The notes: generated from the sequence alone by a model not told the origin. Shown: positions 39,650 to 53,300, numbered from the stretch's first letter. The stretch is 64,000 nt of DNA from Geosiphon pyriformis uo1 (GCA_016748015.1 JAAOMT010000599.1:310001-374000), one strand, 5' to 3'. Program-made: numbers and translations.

Positions 39650-42000
39650 AATGGTTTAATCAATCCATTTTATATTATTTTTGCATTAAATTTTTAATTA
39701 TTATTATTAAATGATTTTAAAGTTGATTCATTATATTTAAAATTTATTATAATATATATATTAAAGGACAATATTTTTTATTATATTATCTTGATTAATA
39801 AAGAATTTAAATTAAAATCTCAATTAAGAAATTTAAATCATTATATTTGATTTTTATTAAAATCTTAAATACCAAATTGCTATATAGTTAATCATAAAAA
39901 TTGTATTAATATACAATTTTGTAATCATTTAATAAAAAAAAAAGTTAATCATTAATTGGTCTTGACTTTCAATATTTTTATGGCTTGTAAATTTAAATGA
40001 TTATTCTATTTCAATTAATAAAATTATTATTCACTAAATCCAATTTGAACACATTTTCAAAAAATCTGTTTATAATGTATACAATTATATTAATTGCATA
40101 AATTCTTTTTAAGATTTAATGTATTTGATTCAAAAATTTTTGAAGCTTTTACCCAACAAAATTATTCATTTTTAATGTTAATAATATTTTTTAAATATTT
40201 TAATATATATTGTATAATATTATATTTTTTTTTAAAAAAAATTAAAATTAAAATTAAACCGTTTTATCATAAAAAGTTTTTGAATATATCTTCTGTTAAT
40301 CGACAACAATAAATCTTAAATATATGTGTTAAAATTCCAAATTTTGCATTTTAAATTCACAATCAAACCATAATTTTTTTTTATTAAATTTCTTTCTTTA
40401 CATTTACATTTGTTAAATTAATTATTACTTTTATATTAAAAAATTAGAATTCATGGATATTTTTTCCAATTTATGATTTATAACAAAATAAATAGTTAAA
40501 CAAATAAATAAAATATATATGATGTTTTAAAAAAAAGATTTAATTTAAATAAAAAATTGTAAATAAACTTTTTAATTACTATGATTTTTTTTTTCATTTT
40601 TTTCTTAAATTTTTTTATATAATAAAAATATTTTGATAAATAAAAATGCATTATTTAAAGTATTTTATTAAAAAAAAAATTACATATACACAGTAAAATT
40701 TGTTTTTTTAACAAAATTTAAAAAAATAATTTTTTTTTTTTACTAAACCAATTTAATTTTTTTGTTTTAAAAATATAAATAATCAATTTTTATAAAATTA
40801 ATAAAAATATTATTATGTATTTTTTACTAAACTAATTATATTTAATTATTTTAAAAATATAAATTTTATTTTCAGAATATTTTTGTAATAAATTAAAATA
40901 AAGAATTATTTTATACTTTTACATCAATATTAATATTTAAAACAATTACTTTTTATAATAGTTTGATTAAAATATATTTAATTAATCAAAGTTTTTTTTT
41001 TTGCTTTTTAGTTTTATAAATTTTCATGTTTACAATCAAAGCAAAAAAAGAAAAAGAAAAAATCATTATTTTTATTATTATAACTAAAAAAAACAACATT
41101 CAAAATAAGTTTTTTTATTATATATATAAAAAAAAACATAATAAATGCGTTTTTCTTAAATAACATAATTTTAAAATAATTTTTATTTGATTAAAAATTG
41201 TGTGTTTTCAGTTAAAGTTCTTTTAAAAAAAATATACCAAAAATAATTTTGTTTTTTTTTGCCAATATCTGTAATAATAATTACTATTATCATTTTTTAA
41301 ATGTTAAAAAAAATATAAAACAGCCAAGAAATAACCATTTTTATTAGTTTTATTTTAGTTTTAATCCAATTATAAACAACAATGTTTTTTCTAATTAAAC
41401 AATAATTATAACAACATATTTATTAAAATAAAATAATATTTAACTATATTGTTTAATACAATTATTTTCATTAATTATTATTTATTGTAAATGATTAATA
41501 ATATATTTTTTTCATATTTGAAAAATATATTTTTGATTTTTGCGCAAAAGTCATTTTTTTAAAAAATGTAACCAGTTCAAATTATCTTTGTATAAATGAA
41601 AAAAGGTTATATTTTAGGTAAAAATTCAATTTACAATTATTTTTAAATTAAACAAAATATAAAAAAAAAGTAAGAAATAAAGAAAAATGGAATATTTAAA
41701 AATAATTTATTTTAAGAATATCTTATATTTAAATTAAATTAAATTAAATTATTCTACTAAAATTAGTAATTAGTTAATTTCAAAATTATTGATTTTATAT
41801 AATAAATTTCAAAAAATTAATTAATTGAGTTTTTATGTTTTATGTTTTAAATTTTAAATTTTTATTTAATTGCAAATATATTATATATATATATTTTTTA
41901 AAAAAAACTCTTTTTTTTTATATTTTAAGTTTTAACACTATTTTTTTGCAAAAATTTTGGTAAATTATTAAAAATTTTAGTAAACCATCAAATTTTTTTT
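39650..42000. other. Ultra-AT-rich, CpG-depleted block (probable erased repeat)
   Basis: Extreme AT content; abuts the LINE-like fragment at about 42.1-42.3 kb. Confidence 0.5.
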
Positions 42001-42074
42001 ACTTTAACGAATGTTGCCCAATCACTACCTATTACAATTACAATAGCAACTGTTCTAAAATAGATGTGGCTCAT

Positions 42075-42300
42075 GCTCTTTTTACACTATATGTTATTAA
42101 TGCCACTTAACACACCAATACCCAAAGCCGTAAAAAAGAAATTAGAAATCAAGCCAATGCCCTTCCTGAAACCAAAACTAATAGAAACATTTCTGACAAA
42201 ACCACTATTTTGAACAAACTTTCTAGAGTACACACCAGACAAACCACGTAAATCATCCAACAAAAAGCTGTTATTTACTAACAAGCCTTTCTTACCATCA
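42075..42300 (-). mobile_element. Probable extreme 3' end of a non-LTR retrotransposon ORF
   Basis: GT-skewed ORF remnant ...LSGVYSRKFVQNSGFVRNVSISFGFRKG...FFTALGIGV resembles C-termini of LINE-derived ORFs I recall from Glomeromycotina. This is recollection, not a search result. Confidence 0.45.
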
Positions 42301-42882
42301 AATATTTAACAAATTATCAAATAGTTCAATAAACTTTTTAATATTTTATAATTTAGAAATATTGTGTATAAAATAATTATAATATCTTAGTTATACAATA
42401 AAATTGTATAAATTAAATTATTAATTAAATTAAATTTATTAGTAATTTGATTTAAAAAACTGTTAAAGTTTATAAGACTAAAAAATATGATTGTAATAAA
42501 TACTGGTGTTTTAGTATAATATAATCTTAATTTTAACTAAGCGGTTAATTAATATGGTAATTTATCTTAAATTTGCACAATTTATGTTCATTTTAAACAT
42601 GTACATGTATTATGCTAATAGATTTTGAAGGATTTAAATTCATTTAAGCATTAAGAAAAATTAAATGTTAAATTTATAAAATAACAATATTTATAAAATA
42701 TGGACAATAATTTTATATTCAAATTAAACTTATAATTTAAACAAAAATAATATGTAATTAATATTCATTTAAACAAATTCACATCACTTTGTTTTGATTA
42801 ATTCAAAAATTTGCTCAAGCTCAACAAAGAATACTCCAAGTCAAATTAAAAGCAAGAAAAAGATTGTCTAACTCAGTAATTA

Positions 42883-43753
42883 CAGTCCTGGCGGAAAATT
42901 ATGACGGACATTTTTTTTATTTTATTTACAAACCTAAGACTATTTTTTATTGAAGATACCTTAATGCCAATGGTATGGTATATGTAAAAATTAATATTTA
43001 GTATTGCATTTATACAAGCGTGATTAAGGGGGGACATGGTACAAATATTAGTAAGTACTACCCTTCTTTTATTAACTCAATAAAGAGATCCCCTTTTAGC
43101 CATTTCTTTTACTTTTTTCTCTGCACTATGCTTTTGAAACTCCCCCAATATTCTCTATAGGGTTATATGATGACCACGACAGAATACGGCATGGAACACT
43201 TGCTTAAAGGTCATCATCATGCACATTATTATTATTGAAGGTGAATGACATGCTTGGGCAGAATTGAAATGCAGCCAAACTTTGAAAGCTTGTCCCGGAC
43301 AATTTATTTGCCAACTTCGAGCCCTGGATGCATTGCTTTGAGCGCTTTGATTTTTGGCTAGCGTAACGAAATGATTTCCGCGCGCGATTTTTTGCCGATC
43401 TGGTGACGTTTGTAAGCGGCCAGGACGATGAATATCGGAAATTTAGCTATTTTTTCAAAATAGAGCGATCTAAAGTTGACAGGAGCGAAGGGGGGAACAC
43501 CAGTTAGTTTGGATATTTCGGTTGTATTGCGTCAAAAGTACTTAATGACTTCACCTTTGATTTTACGGGGTTAGGGTTTATTAGATAAATAGATGAGAAA
43601 ATAGATGAAAAGATAAAATGGGTAACGGCAGGAATAAATGAGAGTTTTATGACATCAAAGGGTAACCAAAAATAATATTTACGCGTCGGGCTCTTTTGCA
43701 AGGAAGTTGGTAACGCGACCAATATTGCGAAAAATTTGGCGCCGCCAGGACTG
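42883..43753 (-). mobile_element. Internally deleted, non-autonomous Tc1/mariner element (871 bp) with 12-bp TIRs and TA target-site duplication
   Basis: TA|CAGTCCTGGCGG at 42881-42894 and CCGCCAGGACTG|TA at 43742-43755. Minus-strand transposase relics: HRPGR, HPGLEVGK*IVRDKLSKFGCISILPKHV and RILSWSSY-NPIENI (degenerate WPxxSPDLNPIENxW). Confidence 0.9.
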
Positions 43754-44883
43754 TAAGTGACGAAAAAGACTAGTTACAAAAAAGAATAAAGTAATTGAAA
43801 CATCTATTTGAGAAGTGGAAAAAAGTTAATCATGATAATCTGGAGTAAATTAAATTATTAAGAAAATTATTCAAGTACTCATAAATAAGGTAAAAAAAAA
43901 CAAAAAAAAAACAAAAGAGTCTAAAATTTGATTTATTTAACAGCAAGGTATTAATCAAATACGCTCAGCATAAGTTGTATTGTTTTTAAATTTGTCATCA
44001 ACTATAACCTATTCAGGTTAAAACTTTGCGTTTATCTTTCATATCGCTCAGTATGATAATCCCACTATCAAATATCGAAATGATGACTTTAAAGATCGAT
44101 GAAATAGGTTAATTTATGATTCCCCCGAGTTCAGTAACAATGCGGTCATTTAGGATGAAAAGGAAAAAAACCAAGTAGATGAAAGATTTACATCAGAAAA
44201 AGGTAAACTAGGATTAATAGTAGAGTATTTTTAGCAACAGGAAACTTTTTTGGATTCATTGTTGAAAATTTAAAGGTATTGCATCATGAAAATGGGTTGA
44301 AATCAGAATTTATTAAATAGTATTTAAATTTTTATGAAACAGCTTTGAGGAAATAATTTATCAAAAAAAAAAAAAGCTAAAAATTTTATTTTATTATATC
44401 ACAAAGTATGTTATCACGGTTTGAGCATACGCTAATCAACTTCAAAGGAAATGAACTTTAAAAAAAATAACGAGAATATCAAGTGTCAAAAATATTTTTG
44501 GAAATTAACTGTCATAAGCATTTTTATAGAACATATTAGTCATAAATTATCCTTAATAGTAGATTTACCAAATGATTATTATTTTTTTCATTTAGTATCA
44601 GATTAGTTCCCGGATTTAACTCGGGTTCCCAGTAATGATAAATGAGGTTCTTTAAAAATTTCCTGATTAGATAATTATAGTAGTGGTAAAAAAGTAATAG
44701 AGTGCTACATTTAAAGTTCGGATGATCATTAAGAAAAGTTATAAAAAGGGAGGTCAATAACTGAGCTTTAACAAATACCTCCACCTTTGTGAACGATAAA
44801 TTTTCAGAGAAGAAGTATTTTTTCCTAAATATCCGATTGACAGAAATTAGGAAAGAAACATTTTCTATTAAAAATTGAACGAA

Positions 44884-45117
44884 ATGTTTTCAACTAGTTT
44901 ACCTAATATCCATCCTTTCGTAATTCAAAATCAACGAAATCGAAGTAATAGTTCTTCGTATTGTGCCTCTCCAACTCATTCCATTTTTCCACAAGAAAAT
45001 CGTAGAAAAAATTATTCTCATAAAAAATTAAGAAAACCCCAATCTTTTAATAATTATCTTTTACGTGGTCCTGATTCTTTTACTTTCGGAAATAACAACA
45101 ACAACAATAATAATAAC

Positions 45118-45158
<41 letters not shown>

Positions 45159-45166
45159 TAATAATG

Positions 45167-45209
<43 letters not shown>

Positions 45210-45567
45210 CAATATTGTGTTAGCAGAAGACCAATTTACATCCTATCATTCGTCTTACCCTAATTTTCGACGCCAAGAAAGCCATCATCATCATCATCAT
45301 CATAATCACCACCACCACCATAATCAAGCAACATCACCTCCATCACCTCCATCACCTGCATCAACACCTGGATTGCTTCGACGTGTTTCATCTGCAATGC
45401 GTCTTAGTTTTATCGATTCTTGGGCTATCGACGAGGTGAATAATTCGGCTAGTGGAACTAGTTCAAGTAATAATACGGATGATGAGTGGGATGAAGATGA
45501 GGAAGACGAATATCAAGAAAAATTTCTTTTCATTAGTTCTAAATCACGATCAGCTACTCGACGATGA
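44884..45567 (+). CDS. SPTHS/LRKPPSF-family protein, paralog 3 (227 aa from the first ATG) with long poly-N and poly-H tracts
   Basis: ATG at 44884 (the listed start 44875 is TTG). Contains RNRSNS, CASPTHSIF, HKKLRKPQSFNNYL, LLRRVSSAMRL, NNTDDEWD...EKFLFISS. Confidence 0.92.
45091..45213 (+). repeat. Coding (AAT/AAC)n microsatellite encoding a roughly 40-residue Asn tract with a few Asp
   Basis: In frame within paralog 3. Confidence 0.95.
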
Positions 45568-46147
45568 AGTTCAAATGGTGGCAATAACTAATAAGATCAG
45601 TTATTCCGCTTGAGGCTTAAAACCTTGTCCGGTATTTTTGATCCTCACTAAACAACCCATATAAGAGTAAAACTCTTTCTGATTTTCATCATGGGCTTTG
45701 TTTAATTGCGATTAGCCACGCATTAGAGAATTATCAATTAAACATGGACGAATCGAAGGTGGCCAGAAAAGATTTAGTGAAATCTAGGAATCGTGTTTGA
45801 GTTATTCAATTGAAATTTTAATCTCGATTCAAAATTGAATTTTCAAGGGGAAATTCGGTTCACGAATTTCACAGACTAAAATATTATGCAATGGAATTCA
45901 AGAAAAAAAAAATTTAACCAATGTTCAAAAAAAATAATTTAAAGTACTCTTTTGAATCTCATTTACTTTGTCTACTCACTTTGATAATTAAAAACCAAAC
46001 TATCATAACAACTTTCTCAATATGCAATTAAGTTTCTTTTAAAAAAGACATTTATTATGGGACTTTTTTATAAAAATGTATATAATGAACATTTAGTAAT
46101 ATATTATTTACATTATAATTTTTTGTGTAATAGGTTGCCATTTTTTA

Positions 46148-46323
46148 ATATATAAACCTTTCATGTCTTTATTTTTTTTATCATAGAATATATTAATGTA
46201 TTTACTATATTAGATATATAGGAATCAGTAATAAAAATTTAATATAAACCTCTCATTTCTTTATTTTTCTTATCCTAAAATATATTAATGTATTTAATAT
46301 ATAAGAATCAGTAATAAAAATTT
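46148..46323. repeat. Imperfect local tandem duplication of about 85-90 bp
   Basis: atataaacct..cat.tctttattttt..tatc.ta.aatatattaatgtattta....gaatcagtaataaaaattt occurs twice in tandem. Confidence 0.8.
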
Positions 46324-47173
46324 CTCCTTTCAAAAAGTGAAAAAAAAAAAAAATGTTTTGCATCAGCAGAATTTATTCAATAGATGGGGATTACAAAAAA
46401 TAAGCTTTTTAGATACACACACGTAAATTTATCTTAATGAACTTGATTTTAATGATCTGATTTGTAAAAACCCCGCAACAAAAGTATACTAGATACGATA
46501 ACTTTAAATTTGTTCGTTTAGAATGTCCCAAAAATGGGTAGAACCTTTCCTTTTCCTCATCACTGTTTCTATTCTACTCAATCTGACATTATTCTGCTTC
46601 CGAATTTGATCTATAAGTACATAAGTGACACATAAGGCCGGAAATGTTTTTCTCGAACATTTGTACTACAAATCATTTCATCATAATGACGCAGATATAA
46701 ATTGAAATTATTTATAGAAGTTTGAAAGAAAAATAGATAAAAAAAAATATATATTTTTTTATTATATAGTAGCTCAATTGGGTTGACGTATTAACCCTGG
46801 TGTGTTTTTCGATAAAGATCTGTGATTATATTAATTTTTCACGATTCGGTCGGGTGCCCACAGTACTGAAACTCTTTAGATATTCTATGCTGATATAATT
46901 GAATGAAAAAAATATTCCTAAAAACTGGATCACCAGGATAAACTCGTAAAACAAAAATTATTGGGAATTTCGAAAAATTAAATCTTTTTAAAAAGTTTAT
47001 TTTAAAGAAAGTCAATCAATTATCTAAATTATTTAACATATAATATGACTAATTATGCCGTTTGAAAGTTTGTGGCTAAGAAATAACAAATGACGAGACA
47101 TTTATTTCTCATGACTCCGCCGTATATTTTTTTATGGTAAAGGCTAAGCTTTAAATAGTTTCATTGATTGTTT

Positions 47174-47217
<44 letters not shown>

Positions 47218-47266
47218 TTTCTAATTAAACTATTATAGTTAAAAATTATATATATATCTATACATA

Positions 47267-47302
<36 letters not shown>

Positions 47303-48589
47303 TGTATGTCTCTGTGATATGAAGATGACAATATTTTTTTTTTCGAATAATATTGTGATTGAAAACCCAGCTTGCGGAAATTCCCCTTGCGATTAATTTC
47401 ATTTGATTGAATATCCTACGTGTCAAATTTTTGCGACTCTATTGATCCTCAGGTACCAACTATAAATGGTTTGGAAGAGTTAAAATTTCTTTATGTAATT
47501 AGATCATTACTTTTATATATATTGTTATTGAAGGAAAAAAATTTTCCTTTTGGCTTGCGCAATTAATTTCATCACCACCTAAACAATCGAATCTAATCTT
47601 TATAAGTATAGAATATTCTAAATAACATAAAAAATTAATGACTAATTTTTGCTTACTATCTTTTATATATAAGAAGTTAGAGAGATTTTTCTCTCTTCAA
47701 AAGATTGAAATTTTAACGTTTTTTTCATATTTCTTTTGAAAGTCAATAAAATCTAAAAAGAATTTTTATTTTTTACCCACTGTCTTCTGTGATTGTTCAT
47801 TTTTACAAAACAAAGAAAAAAAAATTTGATTGCGTTGTCATTTCGAGTTTCTACTACTAAAGTTTAGCCAAAATCCAGGGGATTTAGAAATGTAAAATAC
47901 GAGATATATATTTGATCCATATTTTTCGTTTCGACAAGAATAAATTTAAAAACCAGATTATTCCCGTATTTTTTCAATAGAGATTACAAAAAAGGATTAG
48001 CAAGTTTCGTGAAATTAATCTCATTCTTTGACTCAATACAATGGTGAAGGTTGCTTGAACGCTCTGGAAAATCTCAAAATTGTTGAAAATAAATTTCGTA
48101 TAATATTGATGATATAATCGATAAGCAGAATTTTGAATACCCCCTGATTTAAAAAGTCCCGCGTCACAGTACAACTATTAAAAAGCGAGACCATAGTCTC
48201 GTGGCTCGGGACTCATTAAATCGACTTAGAATGTTAAACCTTTTTTGGTCTACCTTAATCGCTGATCAAAAAATTCAAATTATTATGAAGTATAAAAACC
48301 AAAACGCCGTTCAATTGTACCGCAACCCCTTCTGACCTTCATATAGTAATTCTCCCGATCATGATCATGTATGTACTAATACGTCAGAGTTCTCTTGCGA
48401 CTCTCCAGGATTATCATCATCATAAAAAACTATAAATAGAGCCACCATTTTTGATTGTTTTTCTCCCATCTTTTCTAAGTAAAGAATAAAAAATCAACCT
48501 AAGCATATAAAATCAAGAAAAATTAAAATTTTATTTTTAAAGTTTATTATATATATATATATATAAATATATAAATATATAAATATAAA

Positions 48590-48971
48590 ATGTTCAATCA
48601 CAGTAACCATAGTAATAACGATAATTTAACAACAAATTTATCAAATCCTCATCATCACCTTTTTAACAATCAAAAGACGGGTAGATTTCGAAGTAATACT
48701 GCTCCATCATCAATCGTCGTAACTATCTCTCCCACGCACTCAATTTACCTGACAGAACAAAAACAAAAACAACAAACGAAACGAAGAAAACGACGAGTAC
48801 AAAAGCATTTACGTCAACCACAATCGTTTGATACATATCTTCATTCTCGTTCAAATTCTATTTCTTCCATCTCATCGTGTGATAGTAGTATTATGTCTTT
48901 AAATAGTCCATCGACATTAGTTTTTCATTACCCAAATCACATAAATAATTCTACTGATTATTCCACATCAC

Positions 48972-49003
<32 letters not shown>

Positions 49004-49249
49004 CCACCATCACCATCATCTATCGAACAGCATAGTGTGCCTTCATTTATCTCCAGTTCAACGGAAATTTTACGACGTGTTTCTTCTGCAATTCGACTCT
49101 CAAATCTCTTGGAAACATTTAGCGATGATGGTAATAGTAGTATCGCGAGTACTATGTGTTCTAGGAATAATAGTGATGACGAATGGGATCCAAAAGATGA
49201 TGAATCAGAGGAAGAATTTTTGTTTATCAATTCGAAATCCGTGATATGA
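48590..49249 (+). CDS. SPTHS/LRKPPSF-family protein, paralog 4 (219 aa)
   Basis: ATG in AAAATG context. Contains RFRSNTAP, TISPTHSIY, KRRKRRVQKHLRQPQSFDTYLHSRSNSISSISSCDS, ILRRVSSAIRLSNLLE, NNSDDEWDP...SEEEFLFINS. TATAAATA at about 48431. Confidence 0.93.
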
Positions 49250-50399
49250 TTTTCGTAAAAAACATTTATTTCATTCTACAAACATTAAATAAATTCAATC
49301 TTTGCATATATGATAGTTACCAAATTCTTCCTTATTAAAAAAACAATTAAAAATCTACCAAACTCTCAATGTTATGTCATTGTCAAGATATTTAAGCTTT
49401 TTCTCATTTATCATTTTTCATTTATCATTTATCATTTTTTTTCCTGATTCAATTCTTTCTTAATCTGTGTGTAAACATTTTTTAACATATCACTTTTAAA
49501 TTCTGAAATATGTGTTGCATCAAAAGCAATTGGAATTTCTTTGTCGATTTAGATGAATCAGGCTTCATTTTCACATATTTTTATTCATTACCAACATATT
49601 TTATAAAATTGTATTCATCTATCATTATTATAACATACAATATATATTTCATCGATTGTTCAACTTAAAAAACATTTGAATCATACTCTATTGGAATCAT
49701 CAAGTCAAGCTATTTTCAATAAATGAATAGTTAAAACAGGAGAAATAAAATAAAAAAATGGAACAATCATTTTTTTTTAACCCCCGACGTTGAACGAAAT
49801 GAAATTATGATCTTTTTTTTTTTTCTATTTCCAATAATGGAAAATTTTTTTAACCAAAAGTCTTTATATTTTCAAAAAAGGGGCAAAACGTCATCATTAC
49901 AATCAAATACCATTGTGAGTTTCACTTGATTTGTTTTGTGTAATTTGTTTAATCTGATATAAAAACATGTTCCTTTGAAGTCACAATTGGAGATATATGA
50001 CATAGATGAAAAAGATTTAAAGTAAAAATAAAAAAGAATATATTTTTAAACAGAAGTGTACCTAATTTAAAAATACGTTTTTACCTGTATACGATATCAT
50101 TTTTCGAGAATATTTACCTTTTTGGAAAAAATATTTTTCAGTTATCAAATGATTTCCTTTCCACGGAAAAAGTTATTCAAATAATATGATCTGATTCAAT
50201 TTCAGCCCAGTTCATTAGTAAATTTTCAAAAAAAAAATTTTTTATGGCCGGCAGTAAATTTGTCATCAATAAACTTCAGGGGCTTTATGAATTACGAATC
50301 GAGTCCAAACATAACATTGTTAAAATGTAAAGATTATCTTTTTAGAAAAAAATTAGTTTTGGTCTAGTTTACTGTTTTTTTTTGCCAAAAATCCTTTGT

Positions 50400-53300
50400 C
50401 TTATTATAAATAATATAATTTTTTGTTTTAACATTTAATTATTAATCAATCATTTTTCAAATAAAAAATGTGATTCAATTATTTTTATTAATTGCTGCAT
50501 TATTTGATATTATTTTTATTATTTTTTATTATCTTTTTATTATTTTTATTATTTTTTATTTAAATAATATAATTAAGTTTGATCTAGTTATTATCTACGT
50601 ACATGCAATAAAGTTATTATTATTATAAAAATCTTTGTACATTAATTTATAAATTAATAAACTTAATAAAATTATTTATTGGAAAGTTTTTTCTTTTTAA
50701 TAATAATAAAAATGTTAAAATATTCATAAATTAATAATAACTAAAAAATTAATGATAAAAAATGATATTTAATTGAAATAAATAATTTTTTTTTATCAAT
50801 AAATTTAAATACTAAAGTTTAAATTAATTATTTTTATAAATAACTACATTAATTTACCAAAAAAATATATTTAATAAATAATTTTTACATAAATTATATT
50901 GTTTTTGTTAATAACATATTTTTTTTAAAATAAAACAGATTTATATATTATTACAATAAATTAAAAATTAATTTTTTGTTAATAAAAAAATATTATTATT
51001 ATTATTTATTATACGCTAAAAATATTTTAAACCTCATAATTTTCAAAAAACAAATATCAAATTTTCATAAATTAATCAAAAAAAAAAGTTGATTGTATAT
51101 TTTATGTTTAAGTTTTTTTTTTTTATTGATTTTCAATTTTTTATTTATAATAATTTAAATAATTTTATAAAAAAAAAAAAAATTCTTTTTGTTTTTAAAT
51201 TCAACATTATTTTTTTATTTTTTACTCTTAATTATTATTTATATAATAAATATCATTGACTAATTAATTTAATTTACTATATCAAGAGATTTATTATAAT
51301 AATAATTTTTAAATAATAAATCTTTATTTTAAAATTATTTATTATTGTATTAAGTCTATTAATATAATTTTATTAAAATAACAATTATTTTAATAAAAAC
51401 CAATTATAAATATTAATATAATAACTAAATTTTTAAATTAAAATTCAAAAAAATTTAATTTAATTTAACTTTATTACAAAATAATAACACCAAAAAAATT
51501 CTAGTAAATCTATTATTAAAAATATTAAAAATAATAAACAGCTTAAAAATATGTTTAAAAAACCAAAAAAATCAATTTTGTAATTAAAACTTATTTATAA
51601 TAATATTAATAATTTATTTTTTTAAAAAATTAATTTAATATTATTATTATTAAAAATTTTATTAAACTAAAAAATAATATTAATATATCTTTAATAATAC
51701 TTAATATTAAATAATTTAATAATAAACATGTTTAATTATGTACTTAAATAATTGATTAATTTTAAAGACTGTATATTTAAAAAAAAAAAGGTATTTAAAA
51801 AAATTATTTAACACAATTATTTAATATAAATAATACAATCATCAATTTTTTTAATTAAAATTAATAAATTAATTTACTAATTCGATTAGTAATTGATTTG
51901 CGATTTTCTAGATATAAATAAAAAGACTATTTAAATCTATTTCCAGTTTTTTAATTAGATTAACATCAATTATAAATTAAAATTTTTACTTTATTTCTGT
52001 TTTTAAGCTTAATTTTTTATTGTTTTTTGCTAATTTTGCTTAAACATAATTATTAATTAGTTAATAAAATAGTCTTAACAGATTTAATAACTTTAAAATA
52101 AATTATATTATATTATTATTTACCAGTTGGTTTTATTTTAATAGCAAAAATTTTAATTAAACATATTAAAAAAAATTTTATATTATAATTATAGTTTTTA
52201 AAAGAATATTATATAAAACAACAACAAAAAAAAACAATAATAATATTAAAAACCACAACAGATTTTGTAATCTTAAAAATAATAAAAAAATTAGCAAGCA
52301 CAATTTTAGTAACATTATTCAAAAAAAAGTAAAATACAAATTCTATACAAAAAAGTTTAGTATTGTTTTTAATAATTAATTTTATATTAAAAAAATTAAT
52401 TGGTGTTTAAAACATAGTTTTAATATAAATTATTTTAATATTTGTAATAGTTTTAAACATTAAAGTAGAGACTATTTATTTAAAGAACTTTTAATAACTA
52501 GTAATTATTTTTTAATTATTATTAAAATTAATAGTATATTTAAAAAACCAAAAAAATAGTTTTAATTTCTATTTTATTAACTTAATCTTTGTAATTATAT
52601 AATATAATAAATAAATAAATTATTTTTTACATTAAAAACTAATGCAAATTTTTTTGGTAAATTATCAATTTATCGATTATTAATTTGTGATTAATGTTAA
52701 TAAATTCTTGTAGAGAATTTGATTCATTAATATTGTATATTACAACTTAATTAGGATTTAATAAAGTTGTAAATCCAACAAAAAGTAAAGAAAAAAATAA
52801 AATTTTAACTTTTTGTTAACAATATTTATTGTTTGTTAAGTTATATTTAATTATGTTTTACTATTAATATTAATTACATTTGAGTTTAAATATCACAAAA
52901 AAATTTTTAATAATATATATTAAAAGATTATTTATTGGTACATTATTTATTTTGTTTGAATATACATATTTTTTTAATATAATGTTATTTCATAAAATTA
53001 TTCAATCAATTATTTCATTCTTCGAAATAATAAAAAAAATGTCATTTTTTTAATTTTTTAAAATGTTATAAACAAATAATATTGTATTATTTAAATTTTT
53101 AACAAAAAAACACTACTAGAAAAACTAGTAGTGTTTTTTCATTTGGCAAAGATAATAATATTGTAATATATATTAAACTATTATGCTTTATTTTTTTGTT
53201 TAAAAAAATTTTTACTTGTACCAAAAACTGTTTTGTTATTTAATTTATCATAGTATTTAGTTTAATTATTATTAAATTTTGAATAAGTTAGTAAAAAGAA

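Noticed and set aside
48958-49244. Antisense acidic ORF and alternative-frame ORF
   Set aside because: Shadows of paralog 4.
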